A stretch of DNA of 64,000 nucleotides from positions 640,001 through 704,000 of the forward strand of contig CAWHBU010000004.1 in the NCBI GenBank assembly GCA_963827685.1. The letters run 5' to 3'. The stretch is from an uncultured delta proteobacterium (GTDB taxonomy: Bacteria; Desulfobacterota; BSN033; UBA1163). Shown here piece after piece: positions 30,322-40,750 of the stretch. Numbering within the stretch: the first letter of the stretch is position 1; every line of letters begins with the position of its first letter. The notes beneath the pieces were generated by a model that saw only the letters and a program-made list of their open reading frames with translations, did no database searches and had not been told where the DNA came from. The translations under genes and the position numbers were made by a program.

Positions 30322-31523
30322 AGAAAGTCTTGGCCATGGTGTTAGCAGGCGGCCGAGGAGAAAGGCTCTATCCCCTCACTAGGGACCGAGCCAAACCCGC
30401 TGTTCCTTTCGGTGCCATTTATCGGATCATTGACTTCACCCTCTCCAACTGCCTCCATTCCGGCCTCCGCCGCATCTATGCCCTTACCCAATATAAATCG
30501 ACCTCTCTCAATCGTCACATCCAATTAGGGTGGAACATCCTTTCCGCCCCTCTGGGGGAGTTCATCGAAGCCATTCCTGCCCAGCAGAGAATTGATGAGC
30601 ATTGGTATCAAGGGACCGCCGACGCGATTTTTCAAAACATCTACACCTTGCAAGAGGAGAGGCCCGACCTCGTGCTCATTCTCTCCGGTGATCATATTTA
30701 CAAAATGGACTATCGGAAGATGATCGCGTTCCATCTGGAGAAAGAGGCGAATCTGACAGTGGCGGCTATCCGGATGGATCGAAACCTTTCCAGAGAATTT
30801 GGTGTGATCGAGGTGGACGAGAACTGGCGAATGATTGGTTTTCAAGAAAAACCCGAAGAATCCAAAACGATTCCTGGAGACCCCGGAGGGATCATGGCCT
30901 CCATGGGGGTCTATGTCTTCAATACGGAGTTGTTGGTGAGGCGATTGATTGAGGATACTCGATCTGAGTCAAGCCACGATTTTGGTAAAGATATCATTCC
31001 CATGATGATTGGGAAGGACCAGGTCTTTGTTTTCGATTTCAGACAAGGGGATTTCGGAGGCACGGGATATTGGAGAGATGTGGGGACGATCGATGCCTAT
31101 TATGAGGCAAACATGGATCTGATCGCCGTCACCCCTCAACTCAATCTTTATGATCCCCGATGGCCAATCCTAACCTATCAACCTCCTTCTCCCCCGGCAA
31201 AAACCGTGTGGATTGAGGAGGGAAGGGTGGGGACGGCTCTCAACTCGATCATCTCAAATGGCTGCATTATCAGCGGTGGAAATGTCAAGCGATCGATCCT
31301 CTCACCCAGAGTGACGGTTCATAGTTTTGCAGAGATCGAGGATTCCATTCTCCTGGAAGGGGTTGATGTGGGAAGGAATGCCAGGATTAAGAGGACCATC
31401 ATCGATAAAGAGGTTCAGATTCCTCCGGGGATGGAGATCGGCTACCATCTGGATGAAGATGCGAAACGATTCACGGTGACCGATTCGGGGATTGCGGTGG
31501 TTCCCAAAGGAATCAGGCTTTGA
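30318..31523 (+). CDS. glgC: Glucose-1-phosphate adenylyltransferase
   Basis: LAGGRGERLYPLT.DRAKPAVPFG, WYQGTADA, SGDHIYKMDY, YWRDVGT. Confidence 0.95.
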   Translation: MKKVLAMVLAGGRGERLYPLTRDRAKPAVPFGAIYRIIDFTLSNCLHSGLRRIYALTQYKSTSLNRHIQLGWNILSAPLGEFIEAIPAQQRIDEHWYQGTADAIFQNIYTLQEERPDLVLILSGDHIYKMDYRKMIAFHLEKEANLTVAAIRMDRNLSREFGVIEVDENWRMIGFQEKPEESKTIPGDPGGIMASMGVYVFNTELLVRRLIEDTRSESSHDFGKDIIPMMIGKDQVFVFDFRQGDFGGTGYWRDVGTIDAYYEANMDLIAVTPQLNLYDPRWPILTYQPPSPPAKTVWIEEGRVGTALNSIISNGCIISGGNVKRSILSPRVTVHSFAEIEDSILLEGVDVGRNARIKRTIIDKEVQIPPGMEIGYHLDEDAKRFTVTDSGIAVVPKGIRL

Positions 31524-31582
31524 GTTCTTTAGCTACGCGCAGAGCGCGAAGCGCTTAGCGCATTTGGATTAGGTCGAGGACA

Positions 31583-32014
31583 TCAGAGATGTTCTCTTTT
31601 TGTGAAGCTTTCGTTTCGTCTTCTTTTCAACCTGTGGGTAGGCACGATTCTTTTTAAAATCTGGTCCGATAATTTCTGGGTGAGATTTTGGATGGTCTTG
31701 ATCTCGTTGGAAGTGATCCGGTCCCAGTGAACACCGGCGGTCACCACAACATTTCTTCTCAATTGAGCAGCCAGCTTTTCTGAAATCTTTTTCACCAAGG
31801 CGTCCTCTTTATGCCCGATAAAAGTAAAATTGGAAGAGGTGGCGCTCCATTTTTTCGGATTCCTTAAGCTGGGCCTCGGAATGGCGATTCCCACAGCACC
31901 GATATGAGATCGGGTTCCTCCCCAGATGGAAATCAAGAGGTCTTGGCCCACCTCTTGAACAAAACCCTGGATCCTGAATCGACCTTTCGAAATTTCAACC
32001 AAAAATCTTTTCAT
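31583..32014 (-). CDS. LpdD-like prenylated-flavin chaperone
   Basis: GG..SHIGAV, GHKED, VVVTAGVHWD; UbiD/UbiX context. Confidence 0.65.
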   Translation of the reverse strand: MKRFLVEISKGRFRIQGFVQEVGQDLLISIWGGTRSHIGAVGIAIPRPSLRNPKKWSATSSNFTFIGHKEDALVKKISEKLAAQLRRNVVVTAGVHWDRITSNEIKTIQNLTQKLSDQILKRIVPTHRLKRRRNESFTKREHL

Positions 32015-32057
32015 GGAATTGGTTCCAATTTTAGAAAATCAATGAGGTTTTGTCAAC
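31734..32057. repeat. ~324-bp direct repeat (promoter + 5' lpdD-like), copy A; copy B at 48363-48686
   Basis: Near-identical at offset 16629, including minus-strand TTGACA-17-TAAAAT. Confidence 0.9.
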
Positions 32058-32083
32058 TTGGATTTAATAAGAGTTGTGTTGAT

Positions 32084-32758
32084 CTATTCGATGGCCTTGT
32101 GGTAATCAAGGGGAGTAGATTTTTTGCTTTTACATCTTTTAATTAAATTATTTCGTAATGCCTCCGGTTTCTTTTCTTCTTCGAACAGTTCCTCTCTTGC
32201 CCACTGCCGAGATGTCGGGAGGAAAAACCACTGTTCGATCTTCTCTTCTAAAAAATTGAGGAACTTTCTTTTGGAGATATGAAATCGACCCGTTTCAATT
32301 TCGACGCCTTTTCGAGAATAACGCCATAATTTATCGGCATCCTTAACAATCCGGTCGTTCTGGGAGATAGGTCTCTTCCTCGTATCGTGACCCCGGATGA
32401 TTAGACATATCTCCTTTATTTTCTGAGGAGGGTAATGCGAGTCTTTTAAAATAGCCTTTGCAATCTCGGCTCCTTCTACTTCGTGGACCTTTACCAATTG
32501 GGGATTGGATGGATTTGGACCAAAGGCAGTTAGTTGCAGATCTTCAGGAATGGTCTTCCAGCCCACATCGTGGAGGAGGACAGCCGGGATGACCACATTC
32601 TCATCGCCTTTCTCAGATTGCAGAAGTTTCAAGGCATAGCGAAGCGCAATTCGAGTGTGGATGAGATTCTTTCGGGTTCGAAGGAAGGGTTTGGCTTTTT
32701 TAAAAATCTTCTGATGGATCGGTTTTATCAGCACTGGTAAGAAATGATCAGTGACCAA
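32084..32758 (-). CDS. HD-domain phosphohydrolase
   Basis: IHT..., AVLLHDVGW, HEVEGA, GHD, VKDADKL. Confidence 0.85.
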   Translation of the reverse strand: MVTDHFLPVLIKPIHQKIFKKAKPFLRTRKNLIHTRIALRYALKLLQSEKGDENVVIPAVLLHDVGWKTIPEDLQLTAFGPNPSNPQLVKVHEVEGAEIAKAILKDSHYPPQKIKEICLIIRGHDTRKRPISQNDRIVKDADKLWRYSRKGVEIETGRFHISKRKFLNFLEEKIEQWFFLPTSRQWAREELFEEEKKPEALRNNLIKRCKSKKSTPLDYHKAIE

Positions 32759-32785
32759 TTCTCATTGGTCAATTCTCAATTTTTA

Positions 32786-32845
32786 ATTCTTAACTTTTGA
32801 CTTTTAACTTTTAACTTTTAACTTTTAACTTTTAACTTTTAACTT
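32786..32845. repeat. TTTTAAC heptamer tandem repeat (about 8 units)
   Basis: ttcttaacttttgacttttaacttttaacttttaac... Confidence 0.85.
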
Positions 32846-32846
32846 C

Positions 32847-33506
32847 CTAAAACCCTTTCATCATTTTTCCAAGAATATAAGGTAATTCAATCCGTCCTGT
32901 TGGAGCGAGGATACGGCTGCTGTACTCAGTCACATAAGTGTAGATCAATACCTTGGTGATCCGTTTATATTCATCACTGTCAAGGGCTTTGGCAATATCG
33001 ACAATGTTGGTCGCGGTCCCTTCTGCAACGATAAGAGGACCAGGCCCCACCACCACATGCCATCCTCCTGTCATCTTGATCCCCATTTTTTCCATGGTGG
33101 GAAGATGATCGTTCTTTACAAAATTCGCGTATTCATCTTCTTTTCCAGGGATGATATTGAAATATTGGTTAAATTTCCATACCCTTAATTGAATATTGTA
33201 CTTATCCATTTTCACCCTGCCCGTGGGTTTAAGAATCCTGCTACAATAGTTGAGGACATAACGCTGGATCTGGGCCGTTACCTTCTCATACTCTTCTGTT
33301 TCCATGGCCTTTTGAAGTTTTTGTAGCGAATCCACTGTCCCGACCGAAATGACCCTGGGACCCTCCCCAACGACCACATGGAATCCTCCTACCGGATTGA
33401 TGCCAATCTTTTTCATGGTCGGAATGTAATGATTAATGGCAAACTGTGTGTATTCTTCTTCTTTCCCCGGGATGATATCCCAGTGTTGATTAAACAGAAA
33501 GATCAT
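32847..33506 (-). CDS. Internally duplicated NIPSNAP/dimeric alpha-beta barrel-like protein
   Basis: Two repeats FNQ.(W/F).IIPGKE.EY..F....(Y/H).PTM.K.GI...GG(F/W)HVVVG.GP; ATG 33506 after GGAGGAG. Confidence 0.65.
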   Translation of the reverse strand: MIFLFNQHWDIIPGKEEEYTQFAINHYIPTMKKIGINPVGGFHVVVGEGPRVISVGTVDSLQKLQKAMETEEYEKVTAQIQRYVLNYCSRILKPTGRVKMDKYNIQLRVWKFNQYFNIIPGKEDEYANFVKNDHLPTMEKMGIKMTGGWHVVVGPGPLIVAEGTATNIVDIAKALDSDEYKRITKVLIYTYVTEYSSRILAPTGRIELPYILGKMMKGF

Positions 33507-33523
33507 CTTCTCCTCCCTGGAGA

Positions 33524-33634
33524 TTAACCCTTCGACTCCCCAGCCTGAAGGCTGGGGTTTGCTCAGGGTTAACCCTGAGCGGCGCTTTCCTCCCCGCCCT
33601 AAAGGGCGGGGCTTGGCGCCGTCGAATGGGTTAA
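33524..33634. mobile_element. 111-bp MITE-like multi-hairpin element
   Basis: Ends TTAACCCTTCGAC / GTCGAATGGGTTAA; central perfect palindrome GCTCAGGGTTAACCCTGAGC; two CCCC..GGGG hairpins. Confidence 0.6.
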
Positions 33635-33951
33635 AATAGACGAAGGATGATGGGATCGGAGCTGGCCGTGACCTCATAGGATTGGAGGACCGGTTCTGCG
33701 GCATACATATCTTTAAATTTGGCCACCAGCTTTTCGTAATCCCCACTCTTCTCGTAGGCCTCGAGATCCGCCCTCGTATCCCATGCCGTGAGAGAAATTC
33801 CCTGATCTTTGTTGTCTAAAGACTCCAGGAGATGGACAAATCGAATTCCCTTGTGGCCTTTGTGAGTAGAGACGACTTCTTTGTTGTAAAGCTCACGGAG
33901 CTCCTGCATCTTGCCTGATTTCAGTTTAAAAAAAGTCATTCGGACATACAT
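33631..33951 (-). CDS. Antibiotic-biosynthesis-monooxygenase (ABM)-like protein
   Basis: MYVR..FKLKSGK.., GISLTAWDTRADLEAYEKSGDY; ATG 33951 after GGAGGAG. Confidence 0.7.
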   Translation of the reverse strand: MYVRMTFFKLKSGKMQELRELYNKEVVSTHKGHKGIRFVHLLESLDNKDQGISLTAWDTRADLEAYEKSGDYEKLVAKFKDMYAAEPVLQSYEVTASSDPIILRLF

Positions 33952-34034
33952 AAGTCTCCTCCAAAGTCCCCTCTCGCCCTCCTCGGTTTCGAGTCGTACC
34001 GACTTTCTTAAAGGGGGGGAGGGAGGATACCATG

Positions 34035-35088
34035 TTACCTTCTGAAAAGCGAGGACATCATGTCGATGATGATATCGGCATCGCTCTGCCTTGGTTTGCC
34101 TGCCTTCGTGACCGGTCGGGATTGAACGAGAAAGATATTTTCGGGGTATGGAAGATCTTCGTCGATGGCCCACTCCAAATCCTGGGCAGATTGATAATGG
34201 GCTTCCGCAAGCTTGCCAAGGCGCACCAGTTCCAACAGGGCTTCATCATTGACACATTGCTGATTCTGCTTTTCGAGGGAGGGTTCGACGCAGACGACCT
34301 TGTTTCCCTCCAGCTGATAGCAGATGGTTTTTGGAGAAATCGTCCTGTCCAAAATTTCGGACGATTTCTTATCCACGAGGAAATGGTCCGGGGAAACCTC
34401 TCCCTTGACGACGCTCTCACCTAATCCCCAATTGCCCTCCACAACGATCTTATCCTCGTCTCCGAGCACCGGGTCGATGGTGAACATAACGCCAGCACAT
34501 TTCGCCTTCACCATTTTCTGGACACCCACACTAATGGTCACATTGTCATGAGGCCATCCAATCTGATTGCGATAGGCGATGGCACGATCTGTGAATAGGC
34601 TTGCCCAACATTTCAAGATGTGGTGGATCACTTGCTCTTCGCCTCTAATCCAGAGGTAGGACTCGTGTTGTCCGGCGAAACTGGCCGTCTTCAGATCTTC
34701 GGAGGTGGCGCTGGACCTGACCGCCACAGGGAGGTCTGGAACGCCAGACAGATCACATAATTTCTTATAGGCTTGGCCAATCTCTTTCACAATTTTTTCA
34801 GGGATGGGGGTCGATTCGATGAGATCCCGAACCGTCTGACCTGCCTTCTCTAGAGCCTGAACGTTTTCCGGGGGGATTTGAGAGAGGGTTCTCACGATCT
34901 GGTCTCGAACCCTCCCTCTTTCCACAAAGGTATCGAAGGCATAGGTGGTGAGCGCAAATCCAGGGGGGACGCGGAGGCCTAGCCGAAGCATCTCCCCCAG
35001 GTTTGCATTTTTACCACCCACTCGAGGGCAAGTCCTTGCCTGAACAATCCTTGAACCAGATGATATGCTTCTTTGTTTTTGAAACCAT
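34035..35088 (-). CDS. Phenylphosphate-synthase beta-like (PEP-synthase ATP-binding) subunit, set 2; apparent +1 frameshift at 35026-35028
   Basis: GGKNANLGE, VAVRSSATSEDL..ASFAGQ, WGLGESVV, QSRP; ATG 35088 frame IIWFKDC..DLP joins RVGGK if one base is removed. Confidence 0.8.
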
Positions 35089-35089
35089 G

Positions 35090-36775
35090 CTATTTGTCCA
35101 GAATAAATACGGCACCCAAGTTTCCGTCTACCCGGATCCTTTGACCTGTTTTGATCACCTGGGTTCCGGTGAACACGTTCATGACGACGGGGATTCCATA
35201 CTCCCGACCCACGATGGCGGCATGGGAAAGACTTGCCCCTCGATCCACCACCACGCCATTGATCATGCCAAAGACAGGCGTCCAGGCAGGAGAGGTACTC
35301 ATCGATACAAGGATATCTCCCTTCTGGATCTTAGGTAGATCTTCGTCTCTGAGGACAACCCTTGCAATTCCTTCCGCCACGCCTGAGGATCCACATGTTC
35401 CATAGAGGTCGGCCTTGAGCTCAGGTTTGGGTACAGGCATGCTTCCGACAACCACTTTGAGCGCGATCGGATCCAACGACTGAACCAGACCGCCTATGGC
35501 CTGATCTAAAGTGAAACCTTCTTTCATAATCGCGGGTGGATTTCCACGCTGCATCCACTCTTGCCAATCTTTTTTACGACGTTCCACCAGTGGCTTCATA
35601 TTAATTTTATCCGGATTGATCCCGGCTCGCCGCACCTCATCGGGCATGAGGAAGAAGATGTCATCCGGTTGGTTGATCGCCCCGCTTTTAGCGAATCGCT
35701 TTCCCAATGCCAGGCAACTTCTTCTCATCAAGGCATGGGTATAAAGGTCGAGATAATGATTGTGCTCCTCGCTGAAGCGGCTGCAGTTCTGGGCTACCTT
35801 CATAAGCATTGAAAACCAGCTCTTTTGCTCTGGTGCAATCTTCCCCAAAACCTCCTTCTCTGCATCCTTCCTTTCCTTCGTCAGTTTCTTTCTGTCTTCG
35901 TCCAGGTCGAATTCTCCGCCCTTCTTCAGATACATTTTGATTGTATCAAATCCAGGGGTAGGGTCCTCCTGCCAGGTCGGTACGTTGATCTCAGCCATCC
36001 TCTCCATTCTCCAACCGGCTTCTTTGTCGAGGAACTCGTTAAACTCTTTCATAAACTTTTTCCCTTTGTCGCTACCCTCTAATTTAGTTTTGAGTTCCTT
36101 GGCGGGAGTATCGGAGAATAGTTTGTCAAGGCCCATATCCTTCGCTTTTGCGGAGAACTCCCAGAGCCTTCGATCAACCCGGAAGCTTTCGTTATCGAAA
36201 CCGCTTAATAATTTATGGAAGGTAGAATGGGTATCATCAATTTTGAGCAACTGTTGGCACAGCTGTTCGAAGAGGACGTAAGGCGTATAGGTTCCGTACA
36301 TCATATGCATGTGGATCTCCCACATCCTCCGGCAGGTATCGATCGTTTCCTCGAAATTGTCCAGAAGCTGGATGTTCGTAGCAGTTTCAACGTTGAGGGT
36401 TTTCAAGTTATCATACCGTTTTAGTATTTCCTTTACATAACCTCCCCAGAGCCCATCGTAGTTCTCCACAAAGGGCCGGATGGCCTCCCTAAACTTTTTC
36501 TCCCTTTCAGCTTTTTCCTTATCTGAATCGACCATGAGGAGGCAGAGATAACCTCCTCCATCCTTGAACCGCCAGTCCCATCCTTTCACTGTGGGAAGCG
36601 AAAGGGTTTCGGCACCGTATTGCATTCCATGCCGGCAAAAGTTGATCCAAAACCATCCAAACATAGGCGTCCACGGCGGGACGGAATGAGTGGCATCAAG
36701 AAACCAAGCAGGCGACTGTTCTAAATCATACTTCTCATCAAACTCAAATCCTGGAACAACGTCATAAATCTTCAT
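35090..36775 (-). CDS. Phenylphosphate-synthase alpha-like (phospho-His) subunit, set 2 (divergent)
   Basis: C-terminal TSPAWTP..SHAAIVGREYGIP phospho-His domain; N-terminal WFLDATH; no nucleotide-binding domain. Confidence 0.75.
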   Translation of the reverse strand: MKIYDVVPGFEFDEKYDLEQSPAWFLDATHSVPPWTPMFGWFWINFCRHGMQYGAETLSLPTVKGWDWRFKDGGGYLCLLMVDSDKEKAEREKKFREAIRPFVENYDGLWGGYVKEILKRYDNLKTLNVETATNIQLLDNFEETIDTCRRMWEIHMHMMYGTYTPYVLFEQLCQQLLKIDDTHSTFHKLLSGFDNESFRVDRRLWEFSAKAKDMGLDKLFSDTPAKELKTKLEGSDKGKKFMKEFNEFLDKEAGWRMERMAEINVPTWQEDPTPGFDTIKMYLKKGGEFDLDEDRKKLTKERKDAEKEVLGKIAPEQKSWFSMLMKVAQNCSRFSEEHNHYLDLYTHALMRRSCLALGKRFAKSGAINQPDDIFFLMPDEVRRAGINPDKINMKPLVERRKKDWQEWMQRGNPPAIMKEGFTLDQAIGGLVQSLDPIALKVVVGSMPVPKPELKADLYGTCGSSGVAEGIARVVLRDEDLPKIQKGDILVSMSTSPAWTPVFGMINGVVVDRGASLSHAAIVGREYGIPVVMNVFTGTQVIKTGQRIRVDGNLGAVFILDK

Positions 36776-36963
36776 CTTCCCACCTCCTTAATGTGATTTT
36801 GTTAAAATTCCCCCCGCTCTGCGGGGCAACTATGAAAGTCCTCCTTTCATAAGAACCACCTCCATTCTCTCAACCAAAAAATTTCAAATATGATTGAATC
36901 GCTTTATAATCGGGCAGGAGACACTACACTATACTACAGAATTTTAAGAAATCAAGCCCTTTC

Positions 36964-37830
36964 TCAAGTCCCAATTTCCACAATGAAGCTTCCTATGTTG
37001 GCTCCTGTTTTCCTTGCAATTGGATGACATTTTACTTTTAACATGTAAAGAATTGCTTTCCCGTGCACCTGATCCTTCAAGGCCTCATAATTTCCTGTCC
37101 CTTTAGCAATCACAAGGTCACTTTTCCTAAAAATGTCAGAGAGTTGGGACGTGCTTCCCCCTGGTATGAAGAATCCGTTCACCGTAAAAATATTTTCAAC
37201 GAACTTATCCATAGCAAAGAAGAGGGCATCCTTCCTTGTCGCATCCTCGAAAAAAGGATCTTCTTTCACAACTAGATTTACGGTCGCCTCCATCTCCTTG
37301 AGTGTGGCGATGAGGAGAGAATCAAATCCTATCTCTCCCGCGTTATCCGTAAGATACAAGATGCGAGTTGCCCTTTGCGCCGTTCCAAAAACATCACCGA
37401 TCAAGGAAGGTAACGGATTCTTTCCCTTTAGGATATTGGTAGCTTCTTGGAATCTGAAGGCCTCACCTGGCACAGTCATTGGAGCGACATTACTTGCCGA
37501 TGCCAGACGGCAGGCCCTCTTGAATCTCTCCTTGGGATTTCGTCCTTTTTCAATATATTTTTTCGCAGAGGGTAACAACTTACGCACGAGTTGATTGCTT
37601 TTGAGTTTAATGCCTCCATAGTAGTCGGCGGAATGGGATAGGTATTCATTGATGGAATTGGTAATCGTGTTGCTTAAAGACCCAATGTTGGTCTCCGAAT
37701 CGAACTCTCTTGCGAGAATCCTGGATATTCGTTTGACGAGCTGAAAGCGTCCTTTTTCGTTGGCCAGGACTCCTGCTCTTTCATATACCCACTTTAGGAT
37801 ACAGGGAGCACATTCTAAATCAGGCCTCAG
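36964..37830 (-). CDS. ARMT1-like/DUF89 damage-control phosphatase (probable CTG start)
   Basis: ECAPC, LTDNAGEIGFD, IAKGTGNYEAL, KVKC.PIA; AGGAGG 6 nt before CTG 37830. Confidence 0.8.
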   Translation of the reverse strand: MRPDLECAPCILKWVYERAGVLANEKGRFQLVKRISRILAREFDSETNIGSLSNTITNSINEYLSHSADYYGGIKLKSNQLVRKLLPSAKKYIEKGRNPKERFKRACRLASASNVAPMTVPGEAFRFQEATNILKGKNPLPSLIGDVFGTAQRATRILYLTDNAGEIGFDSLLIATLKEMEATVNLVVKEDPFFEDATRKDALFFAMDKFVENIFTVNGFFIPGGSTSQLSDIFRKSDLVIAKGTGNYEALKDQVHGKAILYMLKVKCHPIARKTGANIGSFIVEIGT

Positions 37831-37875
37831 AATCGTCCTCCTTCTCCACTTCAAACAGCCTCGCATTGCAAAAAG

Positions 37876-40515
37876 CTATCGAGACTGCTTGATCTTTTCC
37901 GGAGTAATCGGTAGATCCCGGACACGCAAGCCACAAGCATGATAAATAGCATTCGCAATGGCTGGCGCGGTTGGGACATCGGCATACTCCGCCATCCCAG
38001 AAGCCCCGAAGGGTCCCTTCGATTTCGGGATATCGAGAGTGATCACCTCCATATCGGGCATATCTTTGGCCCTCGGGACCTTAAGCTTGGCGAAGGTATC
38101 GGTTTTGGTGTAGACAAAATCTTCCATGAGGGCATATCCGAGGCCCATGGCAATGCCTCCATGGAGCTGACCTTCAACATGTTGACTATTGATCACCGTT
38201 CCAAGATCATGAACGGAAGTGATCTTGAGGACATCCACCTTGCCCGTCTTCACCTCCACAGCCACCTCTGCCATCTGGATCCCAAAAGAGTAGGTTTCCC
38301 AGGGAATCCCTTGACCAGTCTTCGGATCAGGCCTTGAAGTGACGGGTTTGTTGATTGCCTTGAAAAGAGTAGGCAAGCCTTTGGCCTTCATCTCGCTATA
38401 GGTTTTGACGCGATTTTCCTCCATGGCCTTTTTCAATTCGGCCACAGCCATCTGGACAGCTTTTCCTGAAACGTAAGTCTGTCGGCTCCCAGCTGAAAAA
38501 TTCCCATCCGGTGTAATTTCTGTGTCGGTGGTACAGACTTTAACCCTTTCCAATGGAAATCCCATTGTCTCGGCGGCGACCTGCCAGAACATCGTATCCG
38601 CACCCTGTCCCATGTCCGCCGCCCCAATCCAAACCTGTAACGTATCATCGGGCAGAAGTTCGGCCCATGCTTCGGATTGATCTGGAGCACTTCGGCCCGG
38701 ACCAAACCAAACTCCTCCCAATCCCACACCCCGCTTCACTTCATCGGTCGTTTTCCCTTTTGCCTCGTTTAATGCTTTTTCATAGAGAGGTTTTATGGTT
38801 TCCATACACTCCTGGAAACCAATCGTGTGGTCTAATACCTGGCCGCAGATCGTTGTATCGCCTTTAACAAAACCATTTTTCATCCTGAGGGCTAAAGGAT
38901 CCATTTTCAGCTGGGATGCCAACTCGTCGAGGGTGGACTCAATGGCAAAAGCTACCTGGGGTACACCAAATCCTCTCATGGCGCCTTTGAAAGCCGTAGT
39001 GGTATAAACAGCTTTCCCATAGACATGGGCATTGGGGAACCGGTAAGGCCCCTGGGCATGGATAACACCTCGCTGTGTCACACTATTGCTAAAGGACTTA
39101 TAGGCTCCGCCATCCGCCGTGACATCGAAATCCAATGCCATCAACGTCCCATCCTTTTTGGCTCCCACTTTGACCTTCATGAAGAAGGGATGGCGTTTGG
39201 GAGTAGCTGCAAATGTCTCGCTCCTTGTATAGACGAGTTTCACCGGTCTTTTGAGCTTCAAGGCCGCAAGGCCCAGAATTCCACCCACGGAGACATCGAG
39301 CTTGCCTCCAAAGGCTCCGCCGGTTGGGGTTTGAATCACTCGAACCTTTTCCAAACCGAGACCCAAGGCCTCAGCAATGGTCTTGCGATGGGCGTGAATA
39401 TTCTGGCCTGCTGCCATGACCACGAGTTGTCCATTCTCGTGGATAAAGGCAACGCCAGAGTCGTTTTCCAAATAAGCATGTTCAACAGTTTGTGTGACAT
39501 AGCTTTGCTCAACGACAACATCTGACTCCGAAAAACCCTTCTTGGCGTCACCATGGATGATGGGTTGCTCAAAAAAGAGGTTTGGACGATCGTCATGGAC
39601 TCTTACGGCACCCTCTTTCAAGGCTTCCTCTGGTGTCAGGACTGGTTCGAGAGGTTCATAGGTCACCTCAATCTTTTCGAGGGCATGGGAAGCGATTTCC
39701 TCAGAAGTTGCTACTACGGCAACCACTGGATCGCCGATGAAGCGGACTTTATTACTGCATAGGATGGGCTGATCATCTCCTGCCATCTTCAAGATGTTTG
39801 TTCCTTTTACATCTTTGGCAGTGAGAACGGCCAGCACTCCAGGGATAACCTCCGCCTCTTTCGTGTCAATGTTAATGATCTTGGCGTGGTGATGGGGACT
39901 TCTGAGAACCTTGATGTGGGCGCATCCGTCCACAGCGAGATCAGCAGCGTAGAGAGTGGTCCCCGTTGCCTTCTCGAGGGCGTCCCTTCGTGGAATGGGC
40001 TGGCCGAGGGTATTTCCCCCTTTCCATTTTAATCGAATTGATTTTGTCTCTCTCCTGAAGTAAGAGGCCGCTAGTTCCACAGCCTCAAAGATCTTCTGGT
40101 ACCCCGTGCAGCGGCAGATGTGGGGCTGAAGAGCCTTCTTGATCTCCTCTCGGGTAGGGTTAAGATTTTCATCCAAGAGGGATTTGGTCCGAATGATCAT
40201 GCCCGGCGTACAGAAGCCACATTGAATGGCCCCTGTCTTTGCAAAGGCCAATTGAATGGGATGGGGGTTCTGAAGTGTTCCGATTCCCTCAATGGTCGTT
40301 ATCTCTTTGCTTTGGGCTTTAGCAACCGGAATCCTGCATGCGAAGACGACGTCGCCATCCATGAACACAGCGCAGGTGCCGCAATGACCGGCAGAACATG
40401 CTTCCTTTGTACCTGTCAACCTGAGATCTTCTCGAATCACTTTCAGTAAGCTTTTTTGAGGATCAACAATCACTCTTCGAGGGGCTCCGTTCAAGATGAA
40501 ATTTATCTCCTGCAT
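37876..40515 (-). CDS. Molybdopterin aldehyde oxidoreductase (Mop/XDH family, fused 2Fe-2S)
   Basis: GHCGTC, QCGFCTPG, CRCTGY, GGAFGGK, AMRGFG, EGQLHGG. Confidence 0.9.
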   Translation of the reverse strand: MQEINFILNGAPRRVIVDPQKSLLKVIREDLRLTGTKEACSAGHCGTCAVFMDGDVVFACRIPVAKAQSKEITTIEGIGTLQNPHPIQLAFAKTGAIQCGFCTPGMIIRTKSLLDENLNPTREEIKKALQPHICRCTGYQKIFEAVELAASYFRRETKSIRLKWKGGNTLGQPIPRRDALEKATGTTLYAADLAVDGCAHIKVLRSPHHHAKIINIDTKEAEVIPGVLAVLTAKDVKGTNILKMAGDDQPILCSNKVRFIGDPVVAVVATSEEIASHALEKIEVTYEPLEPVLTPEEALKEGAVRVHDDRPNLFFEQPIIHGDAKKGFSESDVVVEQSYVTQTVEHAYLENDSGVAFIHENGQLVVMAAGQNIHAHRKTIAEALGLGLEKVRVIQTPTGGAFGGKLDVSVGGILGLAALKLKRPVKLVYTRSETFAATPKRHPFFMKVKVGAKKDGTLMALDFDVTADGGAYKSFSNSVTQRGVIHAQGPYRFPNAHVYGKAVYTTTAFKGAMRGFGVPQVAFAIESTLDELASQLKMDPLALRMKNGFVKGDTTICGQVLDHTIGFQECMETIKPLYEKALNEAKGKTTDEVKRGVGLGGVWFGPGRSAPDQSEAWAELLPDDTLQVWIGAADMGQGADTMFWQVAAETMGFPLERVKVCTTDTEITPDGNFSAGSRQTYVSGKAVQMAVAELKKAMEENRVKTYSEMKAKGLPTLFKAINKPVTSRPDPKTGQGIPWETYSFGIQMAEVAVEVKTGKVDVLKITSVHDLGTVINSQHVEGQLHGGIAMGLGYALMEDFVYTKTDTFAKLKVPRAKDMPDMEVITLDIPKSKGPFGASGMAEYADVPTAPAIANAIYHACGLRVRDLPITPEKIKQSR

Positions 40516-40750
40516 ATCTCAAGACCTCCGATCAAAAAATTTTCCAACTCAAAGGAAACTTGTTAGGGAAAGACCCCACGAAAAGGTTCCCTGAGATATT
40601 CAGAAATTCTATATCGAGAATAGAATGGAGGAAAATTTTCAGCAGCGAAAGCTGCGTCTTTGCCAGTGATGATCGAAAAAGTCTGAACGCTTGAGTGTTC
40701 GTATTGCATTCAAGGCCACCGTGCCAAAGGCACGATGGGGAATAAAAGGA

